Assembly: GCF_018977255.1 (NCBI RefSeq)
Contig: NW_024704742.1
Location: forward strand, 121,770,001 to 121,834,000
DNA from: Callorhinchus milii
Lineage: Eukaryota
Length of the DNA: 64,000 nt
Direction: 5' to 3'
Both the position numbers and the translations under genes were made by a program. The notes under the pieces were generated by a model. It searched no databases, was not told the origin of the DNA, and saw only the letters and a program-made list of their open reading frames with translations. Position 1 is the stretch's first letter. The number at the start of each line of letters is the position of its first letter. Shown one piece after another: positions 29,701 to 41,023 of the stretch.

Positions 29701-30840
29701 TCAGGCATTGGCAGCATCACTATTCATGGATACACTCCACCTTACTGCCTCACTGAGCCATTAAAGAACATTGGTGTCTTGTTCAACCCTTGACTGTCTT
29801 TCAAACTCCACATCTATTCCATTACCCATTCTGCCTTCCCTCACCTTCGCAACATTCCCTGCCTCCTCCACTAACTCTCCCCCCAGGCTGCTGAAACCCT
29901 CATCCATGCTTTCATTACATCCAGGCTTGAATATGCTAACTCTCTGCTTACCTGCAAACATCCCAACTCTTCTCTCCAGCAGTTACAGATTATTCAGAAC
30001 TTTGCAGCTCTTATCCTGAAAATCACCATCACTATCGAGAGTAATCTGTTTTTTTTTCCAAATTGTTAATGAACTATTTTCCAGGTGCGTATAAATGCTC
30101 TGCTTGATTTCTGCCAGATGGAACATGAACAATCTGTTTTTTTTGGCTCAGGCTTCACATGAGCAAATCATTCAGATAGAAACTGTTTTCTGCACAATAT
30201 CAGTATTCATAAAGTTACCCAATCAATGGTAGTGGGAAATGGGAGGATCTGATTGATTTTCAATGGACTGTAATTGTCTGCTTTGATTAAACTTCAGAGA
30301 TGTGGACTCATTTCTCCTTCTTGCATGCTCTGGGATTGTGGAACCAGAGATGAAGAAACAATATTTCTGCACTCTGGCTTGCGTATCTCATAAATTGTGA
30401 TGATCTTACAGATACTGCCATATGACTGTGAGATGTTCTGCTGCATGACTATCTACTCACACATCTTTTTCCCTTTTTATTTTACTGTTAGTCTTAAATT
30501 AGTTTATTCTTCAGACATAATAACTTCTGTGTAATAACGTCTTTTTGTTTTGGGGCAGATGAATGTGTGTCAAACATGGAAATCCAGCCCATTGCTTAAA
30601 AAAATCCAAACCAGACAGAGATTCATATATCCAAGCAATTTACACATACATTATATGTTCTGTGTCCAAAATGGAGTGTGCACTCTCCCCCTGGAAGGAT
30701 ATATCCTGCTTACCTAGTACTAGAATGTTTTAGGTGTAGGTTGGTAAGACCCAATATTTGAGGGCCCTGGAGTATATGTTGCGGGTACTGCTGGAATTTA
30801 ACTAAAACTGTGTAGTTTACCACTGAGAGCATTATCCAGC
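26775..30840 (+). repeat. Four diverged copies of an unassigned ~200-250 bp repeat (fifth copy inverted at ~43884-44097)
   Basis: Shared motifs cactctctccctggag, ttaggtgcagattgg, ggga.cccagagtgt and agcttg.cattga.agcactgtctgg. Confidence 0.75.
29325..30018 (+). mobile_element. Degraded L2 RT fragment
   Basis: Remnants of GVPQG..GPLLF..YLLPLGD and the downstream RT C-terminal region, with many disruptions. Confidence 0.8.
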
Positions 30841-31257
30841 AAGATTGGATTTTATTAAGCTCTTCTTCCTCCGAAATCATCATGCTATCTCTTGAGTTGT
30901 GAAATTAGTTAGCTGCTGGAATATTAAAGATTATGGAAGTGAGCAGGATTATGGGATTAGAATAGCCAGTTTATGTGGAGAAAACCACACTGATGTTGGC
31001 CTTTATTCTGTGTTATACTATTTTAAGATTCTATGAAACTTTAATACAGTTGTGGAAGATAATAAAAGTGTCAAAAATCCAGGTAAAAACCTTTTCTGTC
31101 CTTTGCTTGGAGAATACACCTTTCCAAGTATAGAATGTGCATTTTGCCCTCTAAATATACAGTCAATCCACTTTACAATATATTCCGTGAAGCGATTTGA
31201 GATGTCTCAATGACATGATGAGGCTCTATATCAAATACAAGGATTATTATTATTATA

Positions 31258-33642
31258 CAACAACAACAACAAGATTCCATTTATAAAACGCCTTTCACGT
31301 CAGGAGGACGTCCCAAGGCGCTGCACAGTTGGGTCATGACCCGAGCAGGGGGGAAATGGTCAGGGTGAGGGGAGGGAAGGGAGGGAGCGAGGAGGGGGAA
31401 GAGAGTCGAGAGGGGAGCTGAAGGCACGGTCAAAGAGAAAGGTTTTGAGACCGGCCTTGAAGGAGGAAAGGGAGGAGGCGGCGAAGGCACTGGGGGATGG
31501 AGTTCCAGAGCCTGGGGGCTGAGAGGCTGAAGGCCCGACCACCGATGGTAGGGCGGTTGGGGCGGGGGACGTGGAGCAGACCAGAGCCAGAGGAACGGAG
31601 GGTACGGGCAGGTAGGTAGGGGGATAGTAGGTTGGAGAGGTAGGAGGGAGCAAGGCCGTGAATGGCCTTGTAGGTGAGGATGAGGATCTTGAAATCAATC
31701 CTCTGGGGGATGGGGAGCCAGTGGAGGCGAGCGAGGGTGGGAGTGATGTGGTCCCGAAGCCTGGTGCGGGACAGTACACGAGCTGCAGAGTTCTGAATGA
31801 CCTGCAGCTTGTGGAGGGAGGTGGCGGGAAGGCCGGCGAGGAGAGAGTTCCCATAGTCCAGCCTTGAGGTGACAAAGGCGTGGACCAGGGTTTCAGCAGC
31901 GTGAGGGGTGAGGTAGTGCCGTAGTCTGGCGATGTTCCGGAGGTGATGGAAGGCGGTGCCAGTTGTGGTGCGGATGTGAGGGAGAAAGGACAGCTCAGGG
32001 TCGAACAAAACGCCGAGGTTCCTGACTGGCTTTGAGAGGTGGAGAGTGCAGCCTTGGATGCTGATGGTGTCAGCGCCTGAGGTGCGGAGGCGCTGACGTG
32101 AGCCAATCAGGAGGGCCTCGGTTTTTCGCACGTTGAGCTGAAGAAAGTTGTCTCTCGTCCAGGACTCGATGTCGGACAGGCAGGCTGTCAGGACATCGGT
32201 GGTCGTGGAGTTGAGAGTAGAGGAGGAAAGGTAGAGTTGGGTGTCATCCGCATACATGTGGAAGTTAACTCCATGTCTGCGGATGATGTCACCAAGGGGG
32301 AGCATATAGAGGGTGAAGAGGAGGGGACCGAGGACAGAGCCCTGAGGGACACCACATGAGACATTCCGGGTGTGGAGGAGAAGCCATTCGTTGAGACAAA
32401 GTGAATACGGTGAGAAAGGTACGACCTAAACCATTCAAGGACAGTGCCTTGAAGGTTGAGGTGGGAGGACAAGCGGTGGAGTAGGATAGCGTGGTCGACC
32501 GTATCGAATGCTGCCGATAGGTCGAGGAGGACGAGGAGACAGAGGGAGCCCTGGTCACAGATGGTCAGGATATCATTGGTGACCTTGACCAGGGCAGTTT
32601 CTGTGCTATGGGCAGCACGGAAACCTGACTGAAGGGGTTCAAAAAGAGAATGGGTGGAAAGGAAAGAGCGCAGTTGGGAGGCGACAACTCTTTCCAAGAC
32701 CTTGGAGAGAAAGGGGAGGTTGGAGATGGGCCGGTAGCTTGATAGCTGCGACGCATCAAGGGAGGGTTTTTTCAGGGTGGGCGTGATGATGGCAGTTTTT
32801 AATGGAATGGGGACAGAGCCAGAGGAGAGGGACAGGTTGATGATGTCAGTGATATGTGGGGCAAGAAAGTGGAGCTGGGAGATAAGGAGTGGAGTGGGGA
32901 TGGGGTCAAGGGAGCAGGTGGTTGGTTTTAGGGATAGGATGAGTTCAGTGACAGAGGGTGGGGAAACGGGTACGAAGGTGTGTAGGGGAGGATGGGTAGG
33001 AGTCGGAGTGTGGGAGGGAAGGGGTGGGTGGTGGGTGGAAGTTGGAGGGGAAGTGACCGCGGAGCGGATTCCCTTGATCTTGGATTCAAGGAAATCCAGC
33101 ATCTCCTCGCAGTGAAGGTTGGAGGAGATGACCTGCGCGGGGTGGCGGGGGGGACGGAGGAGTCGGGTTGTGGTGGAAAACAGTAGCCTGGGGTTGTTCT
33201 TCGCCTCCAGGATTATCCTGGAGTAGAAGGACGACTTGGCCGAGGCTAGAGTGGAGCGGTAAATTTTGAGGAGGTCCAGCCAGATTTGTCGGTGGACCGT
33301 TAGGCCAGATTTGACACAGGTGCGTTCAGCAGCCCGCACCTGGCTTTTCAGTGAGCGGAGGTGGGTGGTGTACCAGGGGGAGGAGCGGGAGTAGGAGACA
33401 GTGCGGGAAGTGATGGGGGCAAGAGTATCGAGTGTGGAGGAGAGGGTATTGTGGAGGAGGGAGAGAGGAGAAGAGGGGTCGGTGAGGGTTGAAGGCCAGA
33501 GGGAGAGGAGTTCAGAGGACTCCAAGGCATCGGTTAGGGATTGTGGGGGTAACTTCTTCCAAGGGCGGTAGAAGATGGTGGTGGGTCTGGTGGAGGTGGG
33601 GAGGGGGGTGGAGGAGGTGAAGGAGATGAAGTAGTGGTCAGA
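31258..33642 (-). mobile_element. Young 5'-truncated L2-clade LINE (ORF2: end of APE endonuclease, then reverse transcriptase)
   Basis: Minus-strand reading gives SDH..., [65 protein letters not shown] and LHWLP. 3' UTR ends in (TTG)n. Two frameshifts (~32369 and ~31482); no in-frame stops seen. Confidence 0.95.
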
Positions 33643-36287
33643 TATATATATATATATATATTATATATTATAGAATATCCTTCCACAGGTTTGAAATGGA
33701 TGATTCTTAGATTGTAACTGAGAATGTTTGTGCTGTTCCCTCATTGTCTAGTACTGTTTATTTCTTTTTTTAAATCCTTACCATGAACTGGAAAGATCCC
33801 AACAAGTAGGGTTTTATTAAACACAGGCTGGCTTAGTGGCCCCACCAATAAATCACAAATACAAATATATTTTCACTTATTAAATCTGGTTTAATTTGGT
33901 CCTGAGAGAAATAGGCACAAATTTAATTGGTAGCGGATATGGAGAAGAACATTCTGCTCAGGCTTGAAGCACAATTGTCAGGCAGATTCTGCCCGGTTGC
34001 TCTGACACTAACTCTGCCCATAACAGACGTGTGTTTTATGTCAATTAATAGGGCTATAAAAGGGATTTGTTTCCCACTACACTGAATCCTCCAATAATAA
34101 TAATGTAAAGGGAAATATATAAGAAATTAGGCTGTTTTACTTGCAGTGGAGGAATGTAATTAGTTTGAGCATAATAAAATCCCAAATCAACTTCAGAATT
34201 AATGTAAATTTAACAGGAAAAATGTTGTAGGGAAGCTGGGAGCATTGCTCCACAAAAGCATAGAATATAAAAATGATGGATTTTCTTTTAGGTCTGTAAA
34301 ATTTTAAAAGTTGAAGCTTCTCTTTCATGTCAATCCAGTTCTGATTACAATTGCAGATTAACTGGAAGGTGACCTGCTCTTGTTATCAGTGTTCATTAAT
34401 TCTGTTTTCGAGGCAATGTTACTCCACTGGTATTTCGGAATGGCAGTTCAGTCTCAGAAGATTGAGTTGTAAAACAACTTGGAAGCTTGTATAATATCAG
34501 ATTGGTGATGCCGAATGAGACAGGAGTATCGAAATTCAGCTTCACCGAATATCGGGATCCTTCTGAAGATGAATTCCGAATGAAGGAATTCACAGTCCTC
34601 TACAAAACATAATCTTGGACAGTTGTTGAAGAGGCTTTAAAACCTACCACTTCCTTGGAGAGTTTGTGCTGTTACAGTTACAGTTGTATCAGCTTGAGTC
34701 GTTAGTAGCACTCTTGCCACTGAGTCAGAAAGTTGTGGGTTCAAGCCCACGTTGGGACGATGAAGCAAGGCCAGCGTGAGAGCAATGCCAATGGGTGAGA
34801 GGGAACCAACAACTTACATTTATATAGCGCCCCTCACGCAGGGTAGCACCCCAGAGTTCTTGACCAGAGAAGGAACAAGACCAGCGAGAGAGAGGCCAAG
34901 GCATTGCAAATGCTTGAAGAGCCCGTTGCCATGGTAGCAAGGTACCTTGGTTTGGCAAACTCATAGATTGCCTCACCTCATAAAAAGGTCACCAGCCACC
35001 ACTGTTCAGAAGGGATAGAACCTGCCTAACCAATCTTGTAGCTTTTTTTTGAGGAGGTGACATTTCAAATTGACAGTGTGAAGCTATGTGATGTAATGCA
35101 CCCAGCCAACCATCCCAAAGGCTTTCAATAAAATGTCACAAACTAATGCTAGTGGGCCTCAAGGACTTGAGTTAGCAACCGAATAAAGGTGGGGAAGCAT
35201 AAATATTTTTTTCCAGCTAGGATAAAATGGCAAAAGTATTAAAACTCAGTGAAACCTGGTTAAATTTGAGATGATATCAGGCTGGGAGGAGGAGGGAGTG
35301 AAGAAGGGTGGGGGCGGAAGGTGGGGTTGCTAGAAATTGTGGACTAATGAACAGAATGCATTTAAAAATGTCTCAATTTTGACCTGAGTTCCTTAAAATG
35401 CTAAATTCTGGTTAAATTGGCCAACGTCTCATATTCTATAAAACAGAATTAATTTGTTTCCAAATGTACAGGAGAGCATCACATTAAACCCAAATTTTTA
35501 TTTCTTTCCATTCCTGCACTACATACAGATCACATCTATCAATTCAATTATTTTCCTCCTGTCTTTGCCAGCAGTGTCTTACTTTTGTTGTCAACACGTC
35601 CCAAAACAGCTGTGAAACTACTCAGAACAAAACAGCCTAAAAAAGTCCTCTGAGGCTGGAGTACAGATGGTGTCTCACACAAAGTTTGTACTGCTGAAAG
35701 CAAAGTGATATCACTTCTACAAGTAAAGTGATTTTATACTTCCCGCTCCAAATTGGGTTGGTCGGGAGTTTAGGAAAGTTCTGTCCATGTGCAACCAAGC
35801 ACATGAGCACAACCCCGATATATGGTGTTAGTTTTTCGATAATATAGCAGACTCTTTAATAATAAGAGATTCCAAGATTAATTTGGATTAAAAAATTGAC
35901 CCATCTGATCTCATTCCTCCAGAAGAATGTGGTATTCCCATCACAGCATCAAGTTGCTTTTTAAATGAGTCCAGTGTCCTGGTCTCGATCACCCTTCCTT
36001 CTGAGTAACGACAAACTGCCGGTTAACTATATTGTACTTTATAAGACTTTAGTCAAGATGTAGAAGCCTTGTTTAGATACATCATCATACCAGCAACTTC
36101 CCCATTTGGCAGCTTTGAATTACTAGCTGTGTTTTTAAGGAGAGCGAGGATATTATAAGGTAACAATTCGGTTTAACTTCTCATTCATCGGACAACACCT
36201 CCGACAATGCACTGCATTGGACTATGAACTTACACTCCCAAAATGGAGTTCAAACCCATGACCTTCTGACTCAGGGGTGAGAGTCCT

Positions 36288-36600
36288 GCAACAACAACAA
36301 CAAGCATAAAAATGTATTTATATAGGGCTTTGAGAGGACATCACAAGGCGCTGGACAGTTGAAGGTTCACAACTGAGCTTGTGGATCGGATTCGGGAGGG
36401 GTGGGGCCAAAACAAGGGTAGGGAGGGAAATGACTGTAGGCATGGTCAAAGAGAAGGTCTTCTAGCAGACCTTGAAAGAAGCAAGGGAAAGGGGTGGGAT
36501 GAAGGGATTTCGGAATCGTGTTCCAGAGAGTAAGCACAGATAGACTGAAACCCCAACCTCCGATGGTGGGGCAGATAGAGTGGGGTTCATGAAGCAGGTC
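36288..36600 (-). mobile_element. L2 3' fragment
   Basis: (CAA)n, then reverse-strand PTIGGWGFSLSVLTLWNTIP. Confidence 0.75.
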
Positions 36601-36954
36601 CATGCCTGCCAACTAAGCCAGGTTGAGACCTCAGACTTTAAAAGTTTGTTTGAGATCGACTGAAATACAACCTTAGTTTTAACAGCGGTTGGGCAATATC
36701 TGTGCTTCAGAAAAGAGAAGAGAGGTTCACTGAGCATTCTGGCCAATAGTCCTCCAGACCAAATCAACCATTTACCTTATGGTTGTTTGTAGGTAATTGC
36801 TGGTGGAAATGACTGCCACGTTTGCCTACAAAAAACGATCACTACATTTGACAATAATCACCTGTGTAGCTCTGAAACCTTTCTTTGAAACTGATTAAAT
36901 AACAATAAAAATACAAATTTGTTCTCTCGGGATCAATTCTATTCCGAAATCACA

Positions 36955-37700
36955 CCACCTTGCTAAGCCAGTCCAGAACCTTGGTATCTTGTTTGACCCT
37001 AAACTATCCTTTCTACCCCACATCTGCGCCATGACCCGCTCTGCCTTCCCCTACCTCCGCAGCATCGCCCGGCTCCGCCACTGTCTCACACCGCAGGCCA
37101 CCGAAACCCTCATACATGATTTCATTACATCGAGGCTTGACTATACAAACTCTTTGCTTGTCGGCCTCCCCAACTCCTCCCTCCATAGGCTGCAGATCAT
37201 CTAGACCTCTGCTGCCTGTGTGCTCTCCTGCTCCAGACTCTGTGACCCTACCACCCCCATCCTCACCCAACTCCACTGGCTTCCCATCACACAGGTAGTT
37301 CAGGATCCTGGTCCTCACCTTCAAAGCCTTCCATGGCCTCGCTCCCCCCTACCTCTGTGACCTCGTAACCACTACCATTCTGCCTGCTCCCTCCGTTCAG
37401 CGGGTTCCGGCCTGCTTCACGTCCCCGCCTCGCTCGCTCCACTATTGGCGAGCGGCCTTCTGCCACTCTGCCCCCACCATCTGGAACTCCATCACGCAGT
37501 CTCTCCGCCCTTTGCCTCCTTCAAGACCCATCTCAAGATCCTCCTCTTTGACTGTGCTTTCGATCTCCCTGCTTCCCCCCCCTGCCCTCCACCCTCCCCG
37601 ATCCCAACCCCCAGCTTGGGTCCGAATCTCTGTCTATCCAGCTCCTTGGGACATCCTTCCAACGTGAAGGGTGCTAAACAAATGTAATTTTGTTGTTGTT
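36955..37700 (+). mobile_element. L2 LINE 3' fragment, same subfamily as 16680-17613
   Basis: FDPKLSFLPHI...SRLDYTNSLL; (TTG)n tail. Confidence 0.9.
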
Positions 37701-38612
37701 TTTGTAGTTGTACTTGGAATTTGGAACTCATTGTCCCCAAACCAGGAATGTGACCGCGTTTTTTGTGTTACTTCTACAAAGAAACTGCATGAAATCAATG
37801 CTACCTAATGCAATAGAAAAGGGGCAATGTTTTGATCCTTGTCATGATGTGTTGCTGCTGGTATTGTGAGTTGAGGGCTTTCACTGATTCATTTTGCAGT
37901 GTGTTGTCCAAATCAGAATGCATTTTTCTATGGTTGTGTATTTTAAGTTACACTAAATACATATTACAAGCCATTTAGTGATTTTCATTAAACATGTTAA
38001 TCATAGCAACGCCCAAAAAGGTTTTAAAATGTAAAGCTTCTATAGATGGTGGAATCAAAAATGACACAGGTTAATAATAATAATTCTTGCATTTGATACA
38101 GGACCTTATCACGTCATATTAATTATTATAGACACTTGAGAGTTTCAGAAGGGTCGTGGAACTTTTGCGGGAGATAGATGGTTCTTTATGAATACAAATT
38201 AAAGGCAAATTATTTCAATTCATGTACATCCAAATTCTGTAGTTCCACCATGATAAAAAATGTTCCTCACAGATCTCACATCAAATTGGATCATATATAT
38301 TTTCTGTCAGCATAGGCTCAATTAAGTATAACTTATTCATAAGTTCATCTGGTGAGTGGAAGGGATCAAGCTCTGAGTCCATGACCTTGCCTCTATGAGG
38401 TATACTCACTTTATGTGGAACTGACAAAGATACAAATGGGAAAATCTCAGATCGATCCATTGTGGTAAATGTCTCTTCTCTATCCTTGTAGCATGAATCA
38501 GTCCATCATGGAAATCCGATCAGTGGGGGTGGAAGATGGTGGGGGGTGGGGAAAGAAGACAGTGTTCCTCCTGCGGCAACTATCGCTTGTCTGCATTATC
38601 TCTTTAATGCAG

Positions 38613-38749
38613 GTCAAGAAGCTATCCTACTTCAGATTGAAACACATTCAGAGCTGTAATGAATTTGTGACACTGAATGACAAAACAGAAATTACCGAAT
38701 GGAACCATCTCTTTGGATGCAAGAGCAGCAACGTATAAATCTCAAAGAG
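38613..38749 (+). CDS. Candidate upstream PDE4 exon: 5' UTR plus start codon at 38699 (MEPSLWMQEQQRINLKE)
   Basis: Acceptor ttatctctttaatgcag| and donor GAG|gtaaat in non-repetitive sequence. The 17 codons from ATG 38699 end in phase 0 and splice in frame to 55327. This mirrors the PDE4D7 layout (short ATG exon, then a ~230-nt exon). No recognisable protein similarity. Confidence 0.55.
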
Positions 38750-40328
38750 GTAAATGGATATTTTGTGGTTTTATTTCATGCAAGCAGTTTTGCGGTTAAT
38801 GTAAAGGATACATTTTCCACAAGCCAACACAAAAGAGTTAATAAAATGATTTTCCCATGTGAAAGCCACACAGAGAATCCTTTATTTACATTCAATAAAG
38901 CCAAAGATAGACAGCCATAATTAAAAGCATGACTTTAAGCCATAAATCATGCCATGAAAGTTTATATGCCCCTGAGCCGCAACGTTAGAAAATCATGACT
39001 TTAGGCTGGTGTTGTATGATTTGTGAAAAGATGTTTTCCTTTCTTAATCTTTTTTAATTTAAACTACAAGTGTCTTTGCCAGAACTAAACCTTGCTGTCT
39101 AAAAAAAAGACAATCTGCTCAGGTCTGCTCAGACAATCTGCTCAGGTCACTTTTTCACCTGCGACTGAATCTAAGGGAAGGCCAGCCAGGGGGAGTAAAG
39201 AAAGCTCAAGGCCTCACCACATGGTAGACCTCTGATGGAGAAGGTGATGTGACTTTTAAGTGTCATTCCTGAGAGACTATGGCACTATGAGTACTGCGAA
39301 TAAGAGTAAAGAGTGAGGAATGGGAGGGCAGGCACTGCCCAGACTCTAGACAATGCAGAGGAGAGCAATGAGGATCATCCCTATTGTTAGAGGAAGCAGC
39401 TATGAGCAACACGTTTTGAGATGGGGTTGAGAAAGTAAACAGAGAATGATACTTTCAGATGCATTGAGACCAAGAACAAGAGGAAATGGCTTAGAGTGGT
39501 AAAGTGCAATCTCTAAACAGAAACCAGGAAATATATTTTGTTACCTAGGGGGTAATTGACAACTGCAACCTCTGGTTACAAAGAAGAGTGGTTGAGGCCA
39601 AGGTGATGGGAGGATGGTAGGATGGGAATTCTAGAACGATGAAATGAAATGGGTAGATGGACCTTCTTCATCTGAACCTTTCTTCTGATCTTGGGTGCAG
39701 AATATTGACTGCAAACCCAGGTGCCTGCACCCAGCCAGGTCTGTTAGAAGTAGTTAATCTGTTCTGCCTGCCAGGGACACTGGTTACTGAGGCTTTCACC
39801 TGTATTGATAAACCATGATTCATGAACCAATCTGTCTCCGTGCACGTTCAGTTTCTGCCTGGCTTGAGTGGTCCTTTGCCACTGTTAAGGTGTAATAATG
39901 TGCACTTATAGTACGCACACTCTAAACTGTGAAGCAGCATTAGGCTCATTTGAATTGTAATGCAATCAGAAATCTAAAAGCGGAAGACAGCTATGCACGT
40001 CTTCTGATGTCTCCATCCTCACTTGATGCTATAATTTGTGCTGTGAGAGTAATAATCAGTGACAGCTTGGGAGTAGATATTTTCTGTACAATACTCTGTT
40101 CAGTGACGTCATGCAGGTTCATACCAGTGAAATCATAACAGGGAACTGAGCAAGATTGGGGAACCTTCATGAATAGCTCTGAGACACTACCCTGCATGGA
40201 GGGCACTATATAAGTGCAAGTTGTTGTTGTTGAATATTTGCTCCAAGGTTGCTTTAGACCAGCATTTGTAAACTTTTTAATAAAAAATAAAGAGTTTTAA
40301 TGAAGAGCCGTTGTTTCTAATGCTGTTT

Positions 40329-40643
40329 GTGAAGTCCTGTAGCTCAGTGGTTAGAGCACTCGCTTTGCAAGCGAGAGACCTGGATTCGATTTCCGGCAGG
40401 GTGAAACCTTGGACAAACTTCCTTATCCCACACGCCTGATAATAATCCTTAAAAAAAAACGATAATAAATTGGTCACTTCAATCCACGACTGTTTGTGGG
40501 ACGTTGCTGTGCCCAATTGGATGCTGCATTTTGCACACAAATATACAGTCAATTAACTTTACAGTCTATTCTGTGAAGCGCTTTGAGACGTCTAGAAGAC
40601 GTGAAAAGCTCTATGTCAAATGCAAGGATTATTTTCATTATTA
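40329..40643 (+). mobile_element. Deu-domain SINE, short subfamily
   Basis: Full-length copy with the TAGAA-type tail loop. Confidence 0.9.
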
Positions 40644-40763
40644 CCGAATGTATCCTAAATTCGGTAGTATACTTAAACAAGAAAAGGAAAGTAGTTGTCT
40701 AATCGGAGGTCTACTAGGGCAAGCAGACTCTGATCAGACATTCCAGTTACAAGACATTGAAGT

Positions 40764-40888
40764 TAACTGGGAATACCAGTCTGCATGTGTGACTCTGATT
40801 TGGTTGAGTCACCTTTAAAATAGAGACTCGATTTCAAAGGTGACTCAACCAAGTCAGAGTCATGCACACAGACCGGTATTCCCAGTTA
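40764..40888. repeat. Near-perfect 125-bp inverted repeat (MITE-like)
   Basis: ~58-bp arms with few mismatches and a short loop; TA at both ends. Confidence 0.85.
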
Positions 40889-40985
40889 GGAGAGAAGCAG
40901 AGGCCACTTAGTATGAAAGTGTAATAAAATTTGCACACACATCAAGGGGTGAGAACCGTTGCAAGGCACTATATCATATGCAAGG

Positions 40986-41023
<38 letters not shown>
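40986..41023 (+). repeat. (TAT)n microsatellite derived from a SINE tail
   Basis: Follows atgcaagga, the SINE terminus. Confidence 0.9.

Noticed and set aside
31360..33530. Overlapping Ser/Pro-rich and antisense ORFs
   Set aside because: Alternative frames of the C-rich L2, apart from the short frameshifted ORF2 segments.
39108..39148. Short tandem duplication agacaatctgctcaggtc
   Set aside because: Ordinary slippage-type duplication with no further structure.
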